A DNA stretch of 64,000 nt. It comes from Opitutales bacterium. GTDB taxonomy: Bacteria > Verrucomicrobiota > Verrucomicrobiia > Opitutales > UBA2987. Below, piece by piece: positions 42,206 through 53,137 of the stretch. The first letter of the stretch is position 1. Every line of letters starts with the position of its first letter. The notes under the pieces were generated by a model, which was given only the letters and a program-made list of their open reading frames with translations, was not told the origin of the DNA and searched no databases. The stretch lies in assembly GCA_965226885.1 (NCBI GenBank), contig CBDDEL010000012.1:96001-160000 (forward strand). Direction: 5' to 3'. A program made the position numbers and the translations under genes.

Positions 42206-42796
42206 TCCTTAGCCTAAGGCTCAGAAGGGTGCATGTCGGAAAGAAACGCCTCGCTGATTCGCTTCCCAAGAATGAAGTGCTTTCGATCAGGATACCACAG
42301 AACAGCTTCGCCGTTGATCTCCGTGAATCCGCAGTAGTCAATCGCCTCGTAGCGGGGAACGGAAAAGCCGACATCAATAGGCACGTCGTCGATGTCGATA
42401 AAAAGTTTCGGCTTACTCCACCAAATCGGTTGATGCGCTTCGGTGCGAAACGCGCCCACCGACACGTAGCATGGTCGCCTGTTTCGGGTGTCGTGGACAT
42501 CTATCGTATTGAAGGCATTCCCATCGTTATCATGGTAAAACAAAAGATATCTTCCATCGGATAGCCTGTATAGAGGTGCGTTATCGGAGGGGTTTAGAAT
42601 AGAGGCTGTCCCAAAAGGGTGATTTTTGCGAGGGCTTTTGATAGGCGCTCATTTTAGAGGTATTTGCATTTGGGAGAGTATCAACTTTGCTCTCCTATGA
42701 CGTTAGGATACTGGTTTTGGGGTCCGGTTGCCTGGTTTTCTTTGTATGAGCCGACAGTACGGCTGTGAAAAAGTATTGTCCTTGCTTTTCCGCTCT

Positions 42797-44278
42797 CTAG
42801 GCCGCCGCTTTGGTTTTTAGTTCGTCTTGCTGGGCCAGCATCTTGGCTACTTTCCATAGGTTGTGCGAGAGTACCGACCAGGCTACGCTGATCGAGCGGT
42901 TGGCAAAGCCTTTGCTGCGCAACCGCCCGGCCTGCCAGCGATTCTTCAATACCCCGATCCGCCCTTCGGTGCTGGCCCGGCGCTTTTGCAATTGTCTGAA
43001 CAGTGGTTCCTCCATCCGTTTTTTCAACTGCTTCGGATCGCGTGGACAGAGCGCGTCGTAGATTCCCTCCTGGGCTAACTGCCGGCGGGCCCGCTGGGAG
43101 GCAAATCCCCGGTCCGCGCACATGGCCGCTATGGGTTCTTCCAGGTTGAAGCGGTTCTGTCTTTGCAAACTCTCTTGCATTTGTTCATTTTCGCTTGGAG
43201 TTCGGCTGCCGTAGAGTTTCCAGTCCAGCAGGTACCCTTCAACGCTTTCTCCCAAAAACAGGGTGTTGCCGAACTCGACCTCTTGGCCCGCTTTACCTCG
43301 CACAATCACCTGCCCATCGAGTTCGTAAACACTCAAGACTTTCTCTGCGTTTTTCACCTGGCGGCCGCCAATGATCCGCTCGTGCGCCTGTTTGATGACC
43401 ACCGGGATTTGCTCGCTCATGCGCTCCATCCGGGCGAGGATCTGTTGGACCTGTTTTTCGCTGTAATCGCTTTGCTCCCAGCAGGCTTGCAATAATTCCC
43501 GGTGACTGCGGGCATGCTCCCCGATCCGTTTGAGCAGCTTTTTCATCTGCCTCAAGATACCCTTGCGCTGCCGCGCGCTGTCCTTTCGCCGCCGGCTGTG
43601 GGTCATCTGTATGCACAGCCGATTCATCTGCCGAGCCAAGGGCTCCGGTTCGATCGGCATGCGATGGCGCACACCGGCCTTCTCGCGGATCAGCCGGATC
43701 GCTTTGAGCAACGTGCCGGCTACATCCTTGAGTAATACCCAGTCCGTCGGCCAATGAATGTTAGCCTCCAAACAGGTGCCGTCGATCAGGCAAATGGTGG
43801 TGTCAATCGGCTTGTCCAATCCCACCTGCCGGGCCAGAAGGGCATCGGCCACCACCTCAGTCAAGGTCCGGTGCAAGGCCCTCAACTGCTCTTCGCTGAA
43901 AAACTTCGAGGCCCGCTCCAGGGTGCTTTTGGAGATGCCCCTGATGCCATCGATCTGCCGGACACGGCAAAAGTCGGCCAACAGATCGCTGCTGCCCAGA
44001 GCCCGCGACAAATGCCGAAACGAAATCCCTCCGAGCAGACGGCCCAGCGTATCCATGCGCAGTGCCTTGATGGCAAAACTGGCCCGCTGCCGCCGGGCCT
44101 TTAGACCCATTGGCGGCCACCCCTCCAAGGCCAGCTCAATGGCCTGCGATTCCACCTCCGAGTCGATCAGCAGCCGATCGATTCGATCAATGGTGGCGCG
44201 GAAGTTATCGTAATCGAGGCACCGGTCGACCACAGTTAAAGCTGGACGCAGGAGGCATTGGATGGCTATATTTTTCAT
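42797..44278 (-). CDS. DDE transposase (IS5-like)
   Basis: Near-identical to 35776-37257. Confidence 0.9.
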   Translation of the reverse strand: MKNIAIQCLLRPALTVVDRCLDYDNFRATIDRIDRLLIDSEVESQAIELALEGWPPMGLKARRQRASFAIKALRMDTLGRLLGGISFRHLSRALGSSDLLADFCRVRQIDGIRGISKSTLERASKFFSEEQLRALHRTLTEVVADALLARQVGLDKPIDTTICLIDGTCLEANIHWPTDWVLLKDVAGTLLKAIRLIREKAGVRHRMPIEPEPLARQMNRLCIQMTHSRRRKDSARQRKGILRQMKKLLKRIGEHARSHRELLQACWEQSDYSEKQVQQILARMERMSEQIPVVIKQAHERIIGGRQVKNAEKVLSVYELDGQVIVRGKAGQEVEFGNTLFLGESVEGYLLDWKLYGSRTPSENEQMQESLQRQNRFNLEEPIAAMCADRGFASQRARRQLAQEGIYDALCPRDPKQLKKRMEEPLFRQLQKRRASTEGRIGVLKNRWQAGRLRSKGFANRSISVAWSVLSHNLWKVAKMLAQQDELKTKAAA

Positions 44279-44305
44279 AGAAAGGGCTATATTGATTTTC
44301 GCTAA

Positions 44306-45872
44306 CCCGGATATTTCGTAAAAAAAGTATCGTTGATATGCTTAACTGCTGATATACAGCAGGATAGATCAATAATTAAAGCAATATCAGCGATGACAAA
44401 AGGTAAACAATTAAAGCTACAGTTGACAAGGGTAAAAGGCCGCCGTGTGCGGGTTGATTTCAAGGGCGGAGAGGTTACTTCGGATGCCGGACTGCTTTTG
44501 ATCCGGGAAGTGGATCGGCAGTTGGGCTTGACCGAACGAGCGGCCCGACAGTTAGTGGACAAACGGCAGAAGGGCAAAGTACGCCATGAGGTCTTGGGGA
44601 TGCTGCGGCAGCGCGTTTACGGGCTGGTGGCGGGCTATGAGGATTTGAACGACTTTGATACCCTGCGCCACGATCCATTGTTGCAAACGGTAACGGGGCG
44701 CATTGAAACGTTGGCCAGCGCGCCGACTTTGTGTCGTTTTGAAAACGGGCAGGATCGGCGGGCGGCCTTTGCGGTAAACGAGCTGTTGGTCGAACAGTTC
44801 ATGGGCTCCTTTGCCGAGGAACCCGAAGAGATCATCCTGGACTTTGACGCCACCGACAATCCGGTGCACGGGCTCCAGGAGGGACGTTTTTTCCACGGTT
44901 ATTATGATCATTACTGTTTTCTGCCGCTATATGTTTTTTGCGGTGATCAGCTGCTGGTGGCCTACCTGCGGCCGAGCAAGATCGATGCCAGCAAGCATGC
45001 CGGGGCCATCCTCAAATTGCTGGTTAAACGGATTCGCCAAAGCTGGCCCCGTACGCGGATTATTTGGCGCGCCGACAGTGGATTTTGTCGAGACCGGATA
45101 CTCTCTTGGTGCGACCGCAACGAAGTTAGTTACATCGTGGGGATGGCTCGCAATGCACGCTTGCAGCAAGACGCCCAGCAGTTGCAAAAGCAGGCCAAAG
45201 AATGGTTCGAACTAAGGGGTAAAAAACAACGGTTATTCCAGGACTTCGTCTATGCTGCCGATTCGTGGCGATGGCTGCGGTTGGTCATCCATAAAGCCGA
45301 ACACACCGCACAGGGGTCCAACCCGCGCTTCGTGGTGACGAACCTGCCGGGCGATCCCCAGGAGCTTTACGACAAGGTATACTGTGGCCGCGGTGAAATG
45401 GAGAACCGAATCAAGGAACAGATGCAATTGTTCAGCGAGCGCACCAGCGCCCATCAATGGTGGGCCAATCAGTGGCGATTGCTCTTGTCGGCGCTGGCCT
45501 ACACCTTGATGGAAGCCATGCGCCGGTTAGCCTTAAAAGGGACGAAGTGGCCGCGGGCCCAATGCCACACCCTGCGGCTCAAATTAATCAAGATCGGAGC
45601 GGTCATCGTGCGCAACACCCGAACGATTCACTTTCACCTAAGTGAGAGTTATCCTTGGGCCAGTCTTTTCAACCATGCGCCCCGCCGATTGGTGCCAACC
45701 TAAAGGGTGCATTGGTGCTGCCCCCGGCACTACCGAACCAATGGGGGAAAGGGGGCAGTGTCTCTACACCCTGAAAAACACCTAAAAATCAAGACGATCT
45801 GCTCAAAATACAAAGAAATCCATCTCCAATAGCAATAACGAGCCAAACTTTACCCTTCATGAAATATCCGGG
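44306..45872 (+). mobile_element. IS1380-family element (type A) nested in the IS5 leader
   Basis: Inverted repeats cccggatatttc; target duplication ctaa on both sides. Confidence 0.96.
44393..45703 (+). CDS. IS1380 transposase
   Basis: Near-identical to 7390-8700. Confidence 0.94.
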   Translation: MTKGKQLKLQLTRVKGRRVRVDFKGGEVTSDAGLLLIREVDRQLGLTERAARQLVDKRQKGKVRHEVLGMLRQRVYGLVAGYEDLNDFDTLRHDPLLQTVTGRIETLASAPTLCRFENGQDRRAAFAVNELLVEQFMGSFAEEPEEIILDFDATDNPVHGLQEGRFFHGYYDHYCFLPLYVFCGDQLLVAYLRPSKIDASKHAGAILKLLVKRIRQSWPRTRIIWRADSGFCRDRILSWCDRNEVSYIVGMARNARLQQDAQQLQKQAKEWFELRGKKQRLFQDFVYAADSWRWLRLVIHKAEHTAQGSNPRFVVTNLPGDPQELYDKVYCGRGEMENRIKEQMQLFSERTSAHQWWANQWRLLLSALAYTLMEAMRRLALKGTKWPRAQCHTLRLKLIKIGAVIVRNTRTIHFHLSESYPWASLFNHAPRRLVPT

Positions 45873-46052
45873 CTAACTCAATTATAGAACCCTTTTTTGG
45901 CCGGATCGAGCAAAAACTTGCTCTTTCCGGCTCTTTTTATCAACGTCATCCAGTTGACTATAAAATCTTTATATTTTTGGGACAGCCTCTAGAATAGGAG
46001 CCCCTCCATCTTGGTCGCGCATCACTTCTGGTTGCCTGAAAGTTACTCCATC

Positions 46053-47386
46053 TGAAGTGGACGGGGTTGTTTGGACAATTTTGACGTGGGATTAAGGTGG
46101 AAATCGTGTTCATATTATTTTTTAAAAATATATTTTGTCCTTAGCCAAAGACGGGCACGCAGGTGCCCGCAAGCTGTATTGGCGGGGAGGTTGGTTTTGC
46201 TCCGATTGCATGGACTTCGGCCGGGGTCCGGTAGCCCAGGGCTTGGTGGGGGCGCAGGTGGTTGTAGAAGTCCAGGTAGCGGGCTATCCCTTCGCTGGCT
46301 TCCTTTGCCGTGGCGTATTCGCGCAGGTAAATGTCTTCATACTTGAGGGTTCTCCAAAAGCGTTCAACAAATATGTTGTCCAGGTAGCGGCCACGCCCGT
46401 CCATGCTGATGCGCACCCCGGCTTGCCCCAGCACCGAGGTGAACTCGCTGCCGGTAAACTGGCTGCCTTGATCGGTGTTGAAGATTTGAGGTTGGGCCCG
46501 CCTCAGAGCTTCCTCCAGGGCGAGCACACAGAAGCGGCTCTCCAGGGTGTTGGAAAGCTGCCAGCTCAACACGTAGCGGCTGAACCAGTCCAACACCACG
46601 GTCAAGAAAAGGAATCCTCGGCTCAGCCGCAGGTAAGTGATGTCGCTGCACCATACCTGGTCGGGCCGCTCGACCGCCAAACCCCGCAGCAGATAAGGGA
46701 AAATGCGGTGCTGCCGGTGCCCCTGGCTCAAGTTTCGACGCGGATAAATAGCCTCCAGGCCCATTTGGCGCATGAGCCGCTGGATGCGGCCTCGTCCCAC
46801 TGCATGGCCCTCTCGACGCAGCCACTGGGTCATCCGGCGAGAACCAAAAAACGGATATTGGGTGTAGAGCTCATCCATGCGATGCATGTAGAGAACGGTT
46901 CTGCTCGCACTGGGCACGGGCCCGATAGTAATAGCTGCCGCGGGCCAGCCCCAGCAACTGACATTGCCTGCCGATACTGATTTTTCCTTGAAGTGGTTGC
47001 ACCATCTTGCGCCTCTCACCAACCGAATTGTTCAGACTTTTTTTTTAGCCAATCGCATTCTACTTTCAGCTTTCCAATCTCCTGGTAAAGGTGATCTTTT
47101 TCCGTCTCGTTGTCCTTGCTGAGAGTCTGCCGCTGGCGCGAAAACAGCTCCGTTGCTCCCTGCAAAAGCTGCTTCTTCCATTGGGTCACCTGGTTGGGAT
47201 GCACCTCAAAACGACCGGCGATCTCGTTGATGGTATGAGCGCCCCTGATGGCTTCCAGGGCCACTCGGGCTTTAAACTCAGCACTGTATTGTCTTCTCTT
47301 TCGTGATTTAATAACATTCATAGGTTAGCGGATTTAGTGGTTCAAGACCACCTTATTCCACTGTCCAGTTTTCCCCGTCCATTTCA
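46053..47386 (-). mobile_element. IS3-family element (type B)
   Basis: Inverted repeats tgaagtggacgggg..tggaca / tgtcca..ccccgtccatttca; target duplication atc; orfA 47016-47321 with A9G slippery site; orfB 46141-47022 (WCSDITY, NTDQGSQ, DNIFVERFW) with an extra frameshift near 46897. Confidence 0.94.
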
Positions 47387-47445
47387 ATCATCATCGCTAA
47401 CACTATACCACACTTGCCCAAGGCGTGTGCGGAGAGAGATAAATA

Positions 47446-49580
47446 GGTAGTGTATAAAAAAAGAATGTTATTTTGTATTTTTAGCTGTACAAATAGCGTT
47501 AGGCAATTTATTCTTAGTGCATGGTTACTAAAATTATTAATTGTCGGCACTGTGGAAGTGAAAATATCATTAAATTTGGCAAGACGCCCAACCATAAACA
47601 GCGCTACCGCTGCCATGATTGTGGTAAACAAAGCCGCGAAAACCCCACAGTGAAATACACCGAAGAGCAAAAAGAAATGATCCTTCGAGTCTATCAGGAA
47701 CGCAGCAGTCTACGCGGTTTACAGCGCGCCTTCGGGGTGAGTCCCAACACCGTTTTGAGTTGGTTAAAAAAAACGACAATCGCTGCGACCGCTCAAAAGC
47801 ACGATTCTTGCGGCCCGCCGCCATGATGTCATTGAACTGGACGAACTGTGGTCTTTTGTGGGGCGCAAGAGCGATGCCCAATGGGTTTGGATCGCTCTTT
47901 GCCGACGCACCCGTCAAATCCTCTCCTATGCCATTGGGCCTCGGGATTGGTATCGTTGCCGGGAACTTTACGAGCGTCTTGCCACGGGCCTACAAAAGAA
48001 GTGCCACCTACAGCGACTTTTGGAGCACTTATGATGAAGTCTTTCCTCATAACCGATCTGACGTGTACTGGATTTGTTGGACACGGGATTCTCTTATATT
48101 CATTGTTTATTGATTAGTGTGTCAGGCGGCTTGTTTTGGTAAAGGGTTTTGTTTTCTCGTTGCCCCCCAGGGGGGGCAAATATTTTCCCTCGAATTGGAC
48201 TGGGCTTTGGTAACTCAGAGAGGAATGTTTGCGATATCGGTTGTAGAAGATTTCCACGTATTCGAAGACAGTTGATCGCAGTTCGCGCTCGTCGGCAAAG
48301 TGGCGGCCTCGAATCGTGCTGGTCTTGAAGCGGCCGTAGAACGATTCCATGGCCGCGTTGTCGTAGCAGTTGCCTTGGGCGCTCATGCTCGGCTTCATGC
48401 CTAGTTCAGAGACCAGCCTCTGATAGTCGTCGCTGGCGTAGGGGCTGCCCCGATCGCTGTGATGAATAATCCCGGTGCGCAGTGTGCCGCGGGTCATGGC
48501 CGCGGCTTTGAGGGCCTTGCCAACCAGCTTCGCGTCGTTGTGGTTGGAAACGCTCCAGCCCAGCAGGCGTCGGCTGAACAGGTCCATCACCGTGGCCAAG
48601 TACATCCAACCGGCCAGGGTCCGTAGGTAGGTCGTGTCCGCCACCCAGACCTCGTCGATATGGGTCGGCTGGCCATGCTTTTTAAGCACATTGGGGCTGT
48701 AACCATAGGGATGGTTACTGTTGGTTTTTAATGGCTTAAAGCGTTTACTCTGGGTGCTTTTGATTCCCATTTCACGCATCAGACGCAGAGCCCGGTCACG
48801 GCCGCAATCGATGCCCTCATCATCCTTCAGATGGCGGTGCATTGGCCGATGCCCATAGCGGCCCTTGGCCTCTTTGTGTACCTTCAGGATCGCCCCCTTG
48901 ATTCCCTCGTCCTCGATCCGCCGGGCCGAGGGCGCTCGGTGCCTCCAGCAGTAATAGCCACTGCGACAAATCCCCATCGCCGAGCATATTTCCTCGATCT
49001 TGAAGCGCCCCTCGTTGTCTTTGACAAACTGGTACTTCATTGTTCGTCCTTGGCAAAGTAGCCCACCGTTTTTTTTAGTATCTGGTTGATCCGCTCCGAG
49101 CGGCGCAGCTCTTTGCGAAGACGATCTATCTCGGCCGCCATCTCCTTCGGACTGCTCTGTCGCTTTGAGGTGGCTTCGCCCTGCTGATCGTCCAGATAGA
49201 GCCTCTTCCACCTATACAATTGGTTGGTGTTGACCCCAAGTTTGGTCGATACCTCGGTGGCGCTCAGACCATCGAGTATCATCAGTTGAACTGCCTCATT
49301 TTTGAACTCTATACTAAAGCGTCTTCTTCCCATGCTTCGATTCTCCATTTAGGAGAATCTCGTGTCCACTTTTTCCAGTGCACATCAATCCGTGGGAAAA
49401 GAAACCGGTGAAACGGCCCATGTGGAACGATGGAACAATACCCTGCGCCAACGACTGGGTCGTTTCACACGCAAAACCCTCTCCTTTTCCAAGCTTAAGA
49501 GTATGCATGAAACCTGTCTGAGACTTTTCATTCATCAATATAATCAAGAATTAGCCACCATTCCTACTTAATACACTACC
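47446..49580 (+). mobile_element. IS1-family element interrupted by IS3 type A
   Basis: Ends ggtagtgtat / atacactacc; 8-bp target duplication gataaata; InsA zinc finger 47521-47826. Confidence 0.94.
48059..49387 (-). mobile_element. IS3-family element (type A) nested in IS1 insB
   Basis: Same inverted repeats as 29331-30817; target duplication atc; orfA 49037-49348, orfB 48114-49040. Confidence 0.96.
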
Positions 49581-50341
49581 GATAAATATACGACCGTCTG
49601 GAAGCGGAATCGGATTCGACTCGTTCGCCCATTTCAACCCGGGCATATTGGAAGGTACAGTCCAGAGCCTCGCCTTTACCTTCGGGAAGCCAAGTTATCT
49701 GCAAGTCTGACGGATCAGGGCCTTCGGCGATATTCTCAAATCGGATAACCTCGCTCTGGCACCATTCTTTAGGCCTTTCCTCGGAAGCTAGTTTGCTGTC
49801 GAACCGGGTAAAGGGAAAGAGTGCCCGCCCTTGGGCGTCCCATTCGACCTGCCGCCAGCCAAGCCAGGCGACCGGTATATTGGGATCGGGATGGTCTATC
49901 GATCGTCGTTTCATCGGTAGTAGCACTTCGGAGCCCCAGCTGCGTCCGTCGTCGTCTGAAACCCGGCAGGCCAAGTGGGCCATGCGGGTACTGGGCGCCG
50001 GTACATATTTACAGTAAAAAAGGTAAATGCGACCCGACGGGATGATTACGGGCACTTGCCATCCCGCTCTGTCTCCCTTGCTGCCAGCAATTAGCATAGG
50101 TTGGGTCCCCAGCTTTTGCCACCGTCATTGCTTCGGCTGGAAAATAGTCTAAGAATCCATGACTTGAATGGCCCGTGTCCGGTCCACGTAGCAAGCAGAT
50201 CCCCGTTTCTTGTAGCGACAATAATTGTCTGTTCGTTGAGAACCGTGAAATCCTCATCGTCCCATCGTGGATTTCCGTCCGGAGCCGGATGATACACCAC
50301 ATAGTCCGGGCATGTTCTGCGCCACTCCTCCGCGTAGGGGA

Positions 50342-50411
50342 GCGGGCCTTCTTGGGTACTGGCTCGAAATGTAGACGCGGGCCTTCTTGGGTACTGGCTC
50401 GAAATGTAGAC
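50342..50411. repeat. 35-bp exact tandem duplication
   Basis: gcgggccttcttgggtactggctcgaaatgtagac occurs twice and frameshifts the 5' end of the sialidase-like gene. Confidence 0.95.
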
Positions 50412-50419
50412 ATTAGTTA

Positions 50420-52252
50420 GAGGCTGTCCCAAAAATATAAAGATTTTATAGTCAACTGGATGACGTTGATAAAAAGAGCCGGAAAGAGCAAGTTTTTGCT
50501 CGATCCGGCCAAAAAAGGGTTCTATAATTGAGTTAGCGAAAATCAATATAGCCCTTTCTATGATCTATGAAAAATATAGCCATCCAATGCCTCCTGCGTC
50601 CAGCTTTAACTGTGGTCGACCGGTGCCTCGATTACGATAACTTCCGCGCCACCATTGATCGAATCGATCGGCTGCTGATCGACTCGGAGGTGGAATCGCA
50701 GGCCATTGAGCTGGCCTTGGAGGGGTGGCCGCCAATGGGTCTAAAGGCCCGGCGGCAGCGGGCCAGTTTTGCCATCAAGGCACTGCGCATGGATACGCTG
50801 GGCCGTCTGCTCGGAGGGATTTCGTTTCGGCATTTGTCGCGGGCTCTGGGCAGCAGCGATCTGTTGGCCGACTTTTGCCGTGTCCGGCAGATCGATGGCA
50901 TCAGGGGCATCTCCAAAAGCACCCTGGAGCGGGCCTCGAAGTTTTTCAGCGAAGAGCAGTTGAGGGCCTTGCACCGGACCTTGACTGAGGTGGTGGGCGA
51001 TGCCCTTCTGGCCCGGCAGGTGGGATTGGACAAGCCGATTGACACCACCATTTGCCTGATCGACGGCACCTGTTTGGAGGCTAACATTCATTGGCCGACG
51101 GACTGGGTATTACTCAAGGATGTAGCCGGCACGTTGCTCAAAGCGATCCGGCTGATCCGCGAGAAGGCCGGTGTGCGCCATCGCATGCCGATCGAACCGG
51201 AGCCCTTGGCTCGGCAGATGAATCGGCTGTGCATACAGATGACCCACAGCCGGCGGCGAAAGGACAGCGCGCGGCAGCGCAAGGGTATCTTGAGGCAGAT
51301 GAAAAAGCTGCTCAAACGGATCGGGGAGCATGCCCGCAGTCACCGGGAATTATTGCAAGCCTGCTGGGAGCAAAGCGATTACAGCGAAAAACAGGTCCAA
51401 CAGATCCTCGCCCGGATGGAGCGCATGAGCGAGCAAATCCCGGTGGTCATCAAACAGGCGCACGAGCGGATCATTGGCGGCCGCCAGGTGAAAAACGCAG
51501 AGAAAGTCTTGAGTGTTTACGAACTCGATGGGCAGGTGATTGTGCGAGGTAAAGCGGGCCAAGAGGTCGAGTTCGGCAACACCCTGTTTTTGGGAGAAAG
51601 CGTTGAAGGGTACCTGCTGGACTGGAAACTCTACGGCAGCCGAACTCCAAGCGAAAATGAACAAATGCAAGAGAGTTTGCAAAGACAGAACCGCTTCAAC
51701 CTGGAAGAACCCATAGCGGCCATGTGCGCGGACCGGGGATTTGCCTCCCAGCGGGCCCGCCGGCAGTTAGCCCAGGAGGGAATCTACGACGCGCTCTGTC
51801 CACGCGATCCGAAGCAGTTGAAAAAACGGATGGAGGAACCACTGTTCAGACAATTGCAAAAGCGCCGGGCCAGCACCGAAGGGCGGATCGGGGGGATCGG
51901 GGTATTGAAGAATCGCTGGCAGGCCGGGCGGTTGCGCAGCAAAGGCTTTGCCAACCGCTCGATCAGCGTAGCCTGGTCGGTACTCTCGCACAACCTATGG
52001 AAAGTAGCCAAGATGCTGGCCCAGCAAGACGAACTAAAAACCAAAGCGGCGGCCTAGAGAGCGGAAAAGCAAGGACAATACTTTTTCACAGCCGTACTGT
52101 CGGCTCATACAAAGAAAACCAGGCAACCGGACCCCAAAACCAGTATCCTAACGTCATAGGAGAGCAAAGTTGATACTCTCCCAAATGCAAATACCTCTAA
52201 AATGAGCGCCTATCAAAAGCCCTCGCAAAAATCACCCTTTTGGGACAGCCTC
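50420..52252 (+). mobile_element. IS5-family-like element, copy 3
   Basis: Same inverted repeats; transposase 50567-52057 carries a 9-bp in-frame duplication; flanks do not match. Confidence 0.93.
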
Positions 52253-52277
52253 TAAACTACAGAACTATTTCAAATGA

Positions 52278-53079
52278 GGTAGTGTATAAAAAAAGAATGT
52301 TATTTTGTATTTTTAGCTGTACAAATAGCGTTAGGCAGTTTATTCTTAGTGCATGGTTACTAAAATTATTAATTGTCGGCACTGTGGAAGTGAAAATATC
52401 ATTAAATTTGGCAAGACGCCCAACCATAAACAGCGCTACCGCTGCCATGATTGTGGTAAACAAAGCCGCGAAAACCCCACAGTGAAATACACCGAAGAGC
52501 AAAAAGAAATGATCCTTCGAGTCTATCAGGAACGCAGCAGTCTACGCGGTTTACAGCGCGCCTTCGGGGTGAGTCCCAACACCGTTTTGAGTTGGTTAAA
52601 AAAAACGACAATCGCTGCGACCGCTCAAAAGCACGATTCTTGCGGCCCGCCGCCATGATGTCATTGAACTGGACGAACTGTGGTCTTTTGTGGGGCGCAA
52701 GAGCGATGCCCAATGGGTTTGGATCGCTCTTTGCCGACGCACCCGTCAAATCCTCTCCTATGCCATTGGGCCTCGGGATTGGTATCGTTGCCGGGAACTT
52801 TACGAGCGTCTGCCACGGGCCTACAAAAGATGTGCCACCTACAGCGACTTTTGGAGCACTTATGATGAAGTCTTTCCTCATAACCGATCCGTGGGAAAAG
52901 AAACCGGTGAAACGGCCCATGTGGAACGATGGAACAATACCCTGCGCCAACGACTGGGTCGTTTCACACGCAAAACCCTCTCCTTTTCCAAGCTTAAGAG
53001 TATGCATGAAACCTGTCTGAGACTTTTCATTCATCAATATAATCAAGAATTAGCCACCATTCCTACTTAATACACTACC
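52278..53079 (+). mobile_element. IS1-family element, intact copy
   Basis: Ends ggtagtgtat / atacactacc; insA 52353-52658; insB frame ([25 protein letters not shown]) ends 53070; no target duplication. Confidence 0.94.
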
Positions 53080-53137
53080 CAAGAAAAGGCTAAAGCCGTT
53101 CAGAATCCAGACAGACAGTTGCAAATTTCAGACATCC

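Larger units (their letters stand above)
42602..45989 (-). mobile_element. IS5-family-like element, copy 2 (contains nested IS1380)
   Basis: Inverted repeats gaggctgtcccaaaa; 7-bp target duplication tagaata (42595-42601 and 45990-45996). Confidence 0.95.
42214..50413 (-). pseudogene. Sialidase-like BNR gene split by IS5, IS3 and IS1 insertions
   Basis: Pieces 50413-49581, 47445-47387, 46052-45990 and 42601-42214 join in frame after removing target duplications; Asp-boxes SNDGGKSW, SDDDGRSW and SDDDGVTF. Confidence 0.88.
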
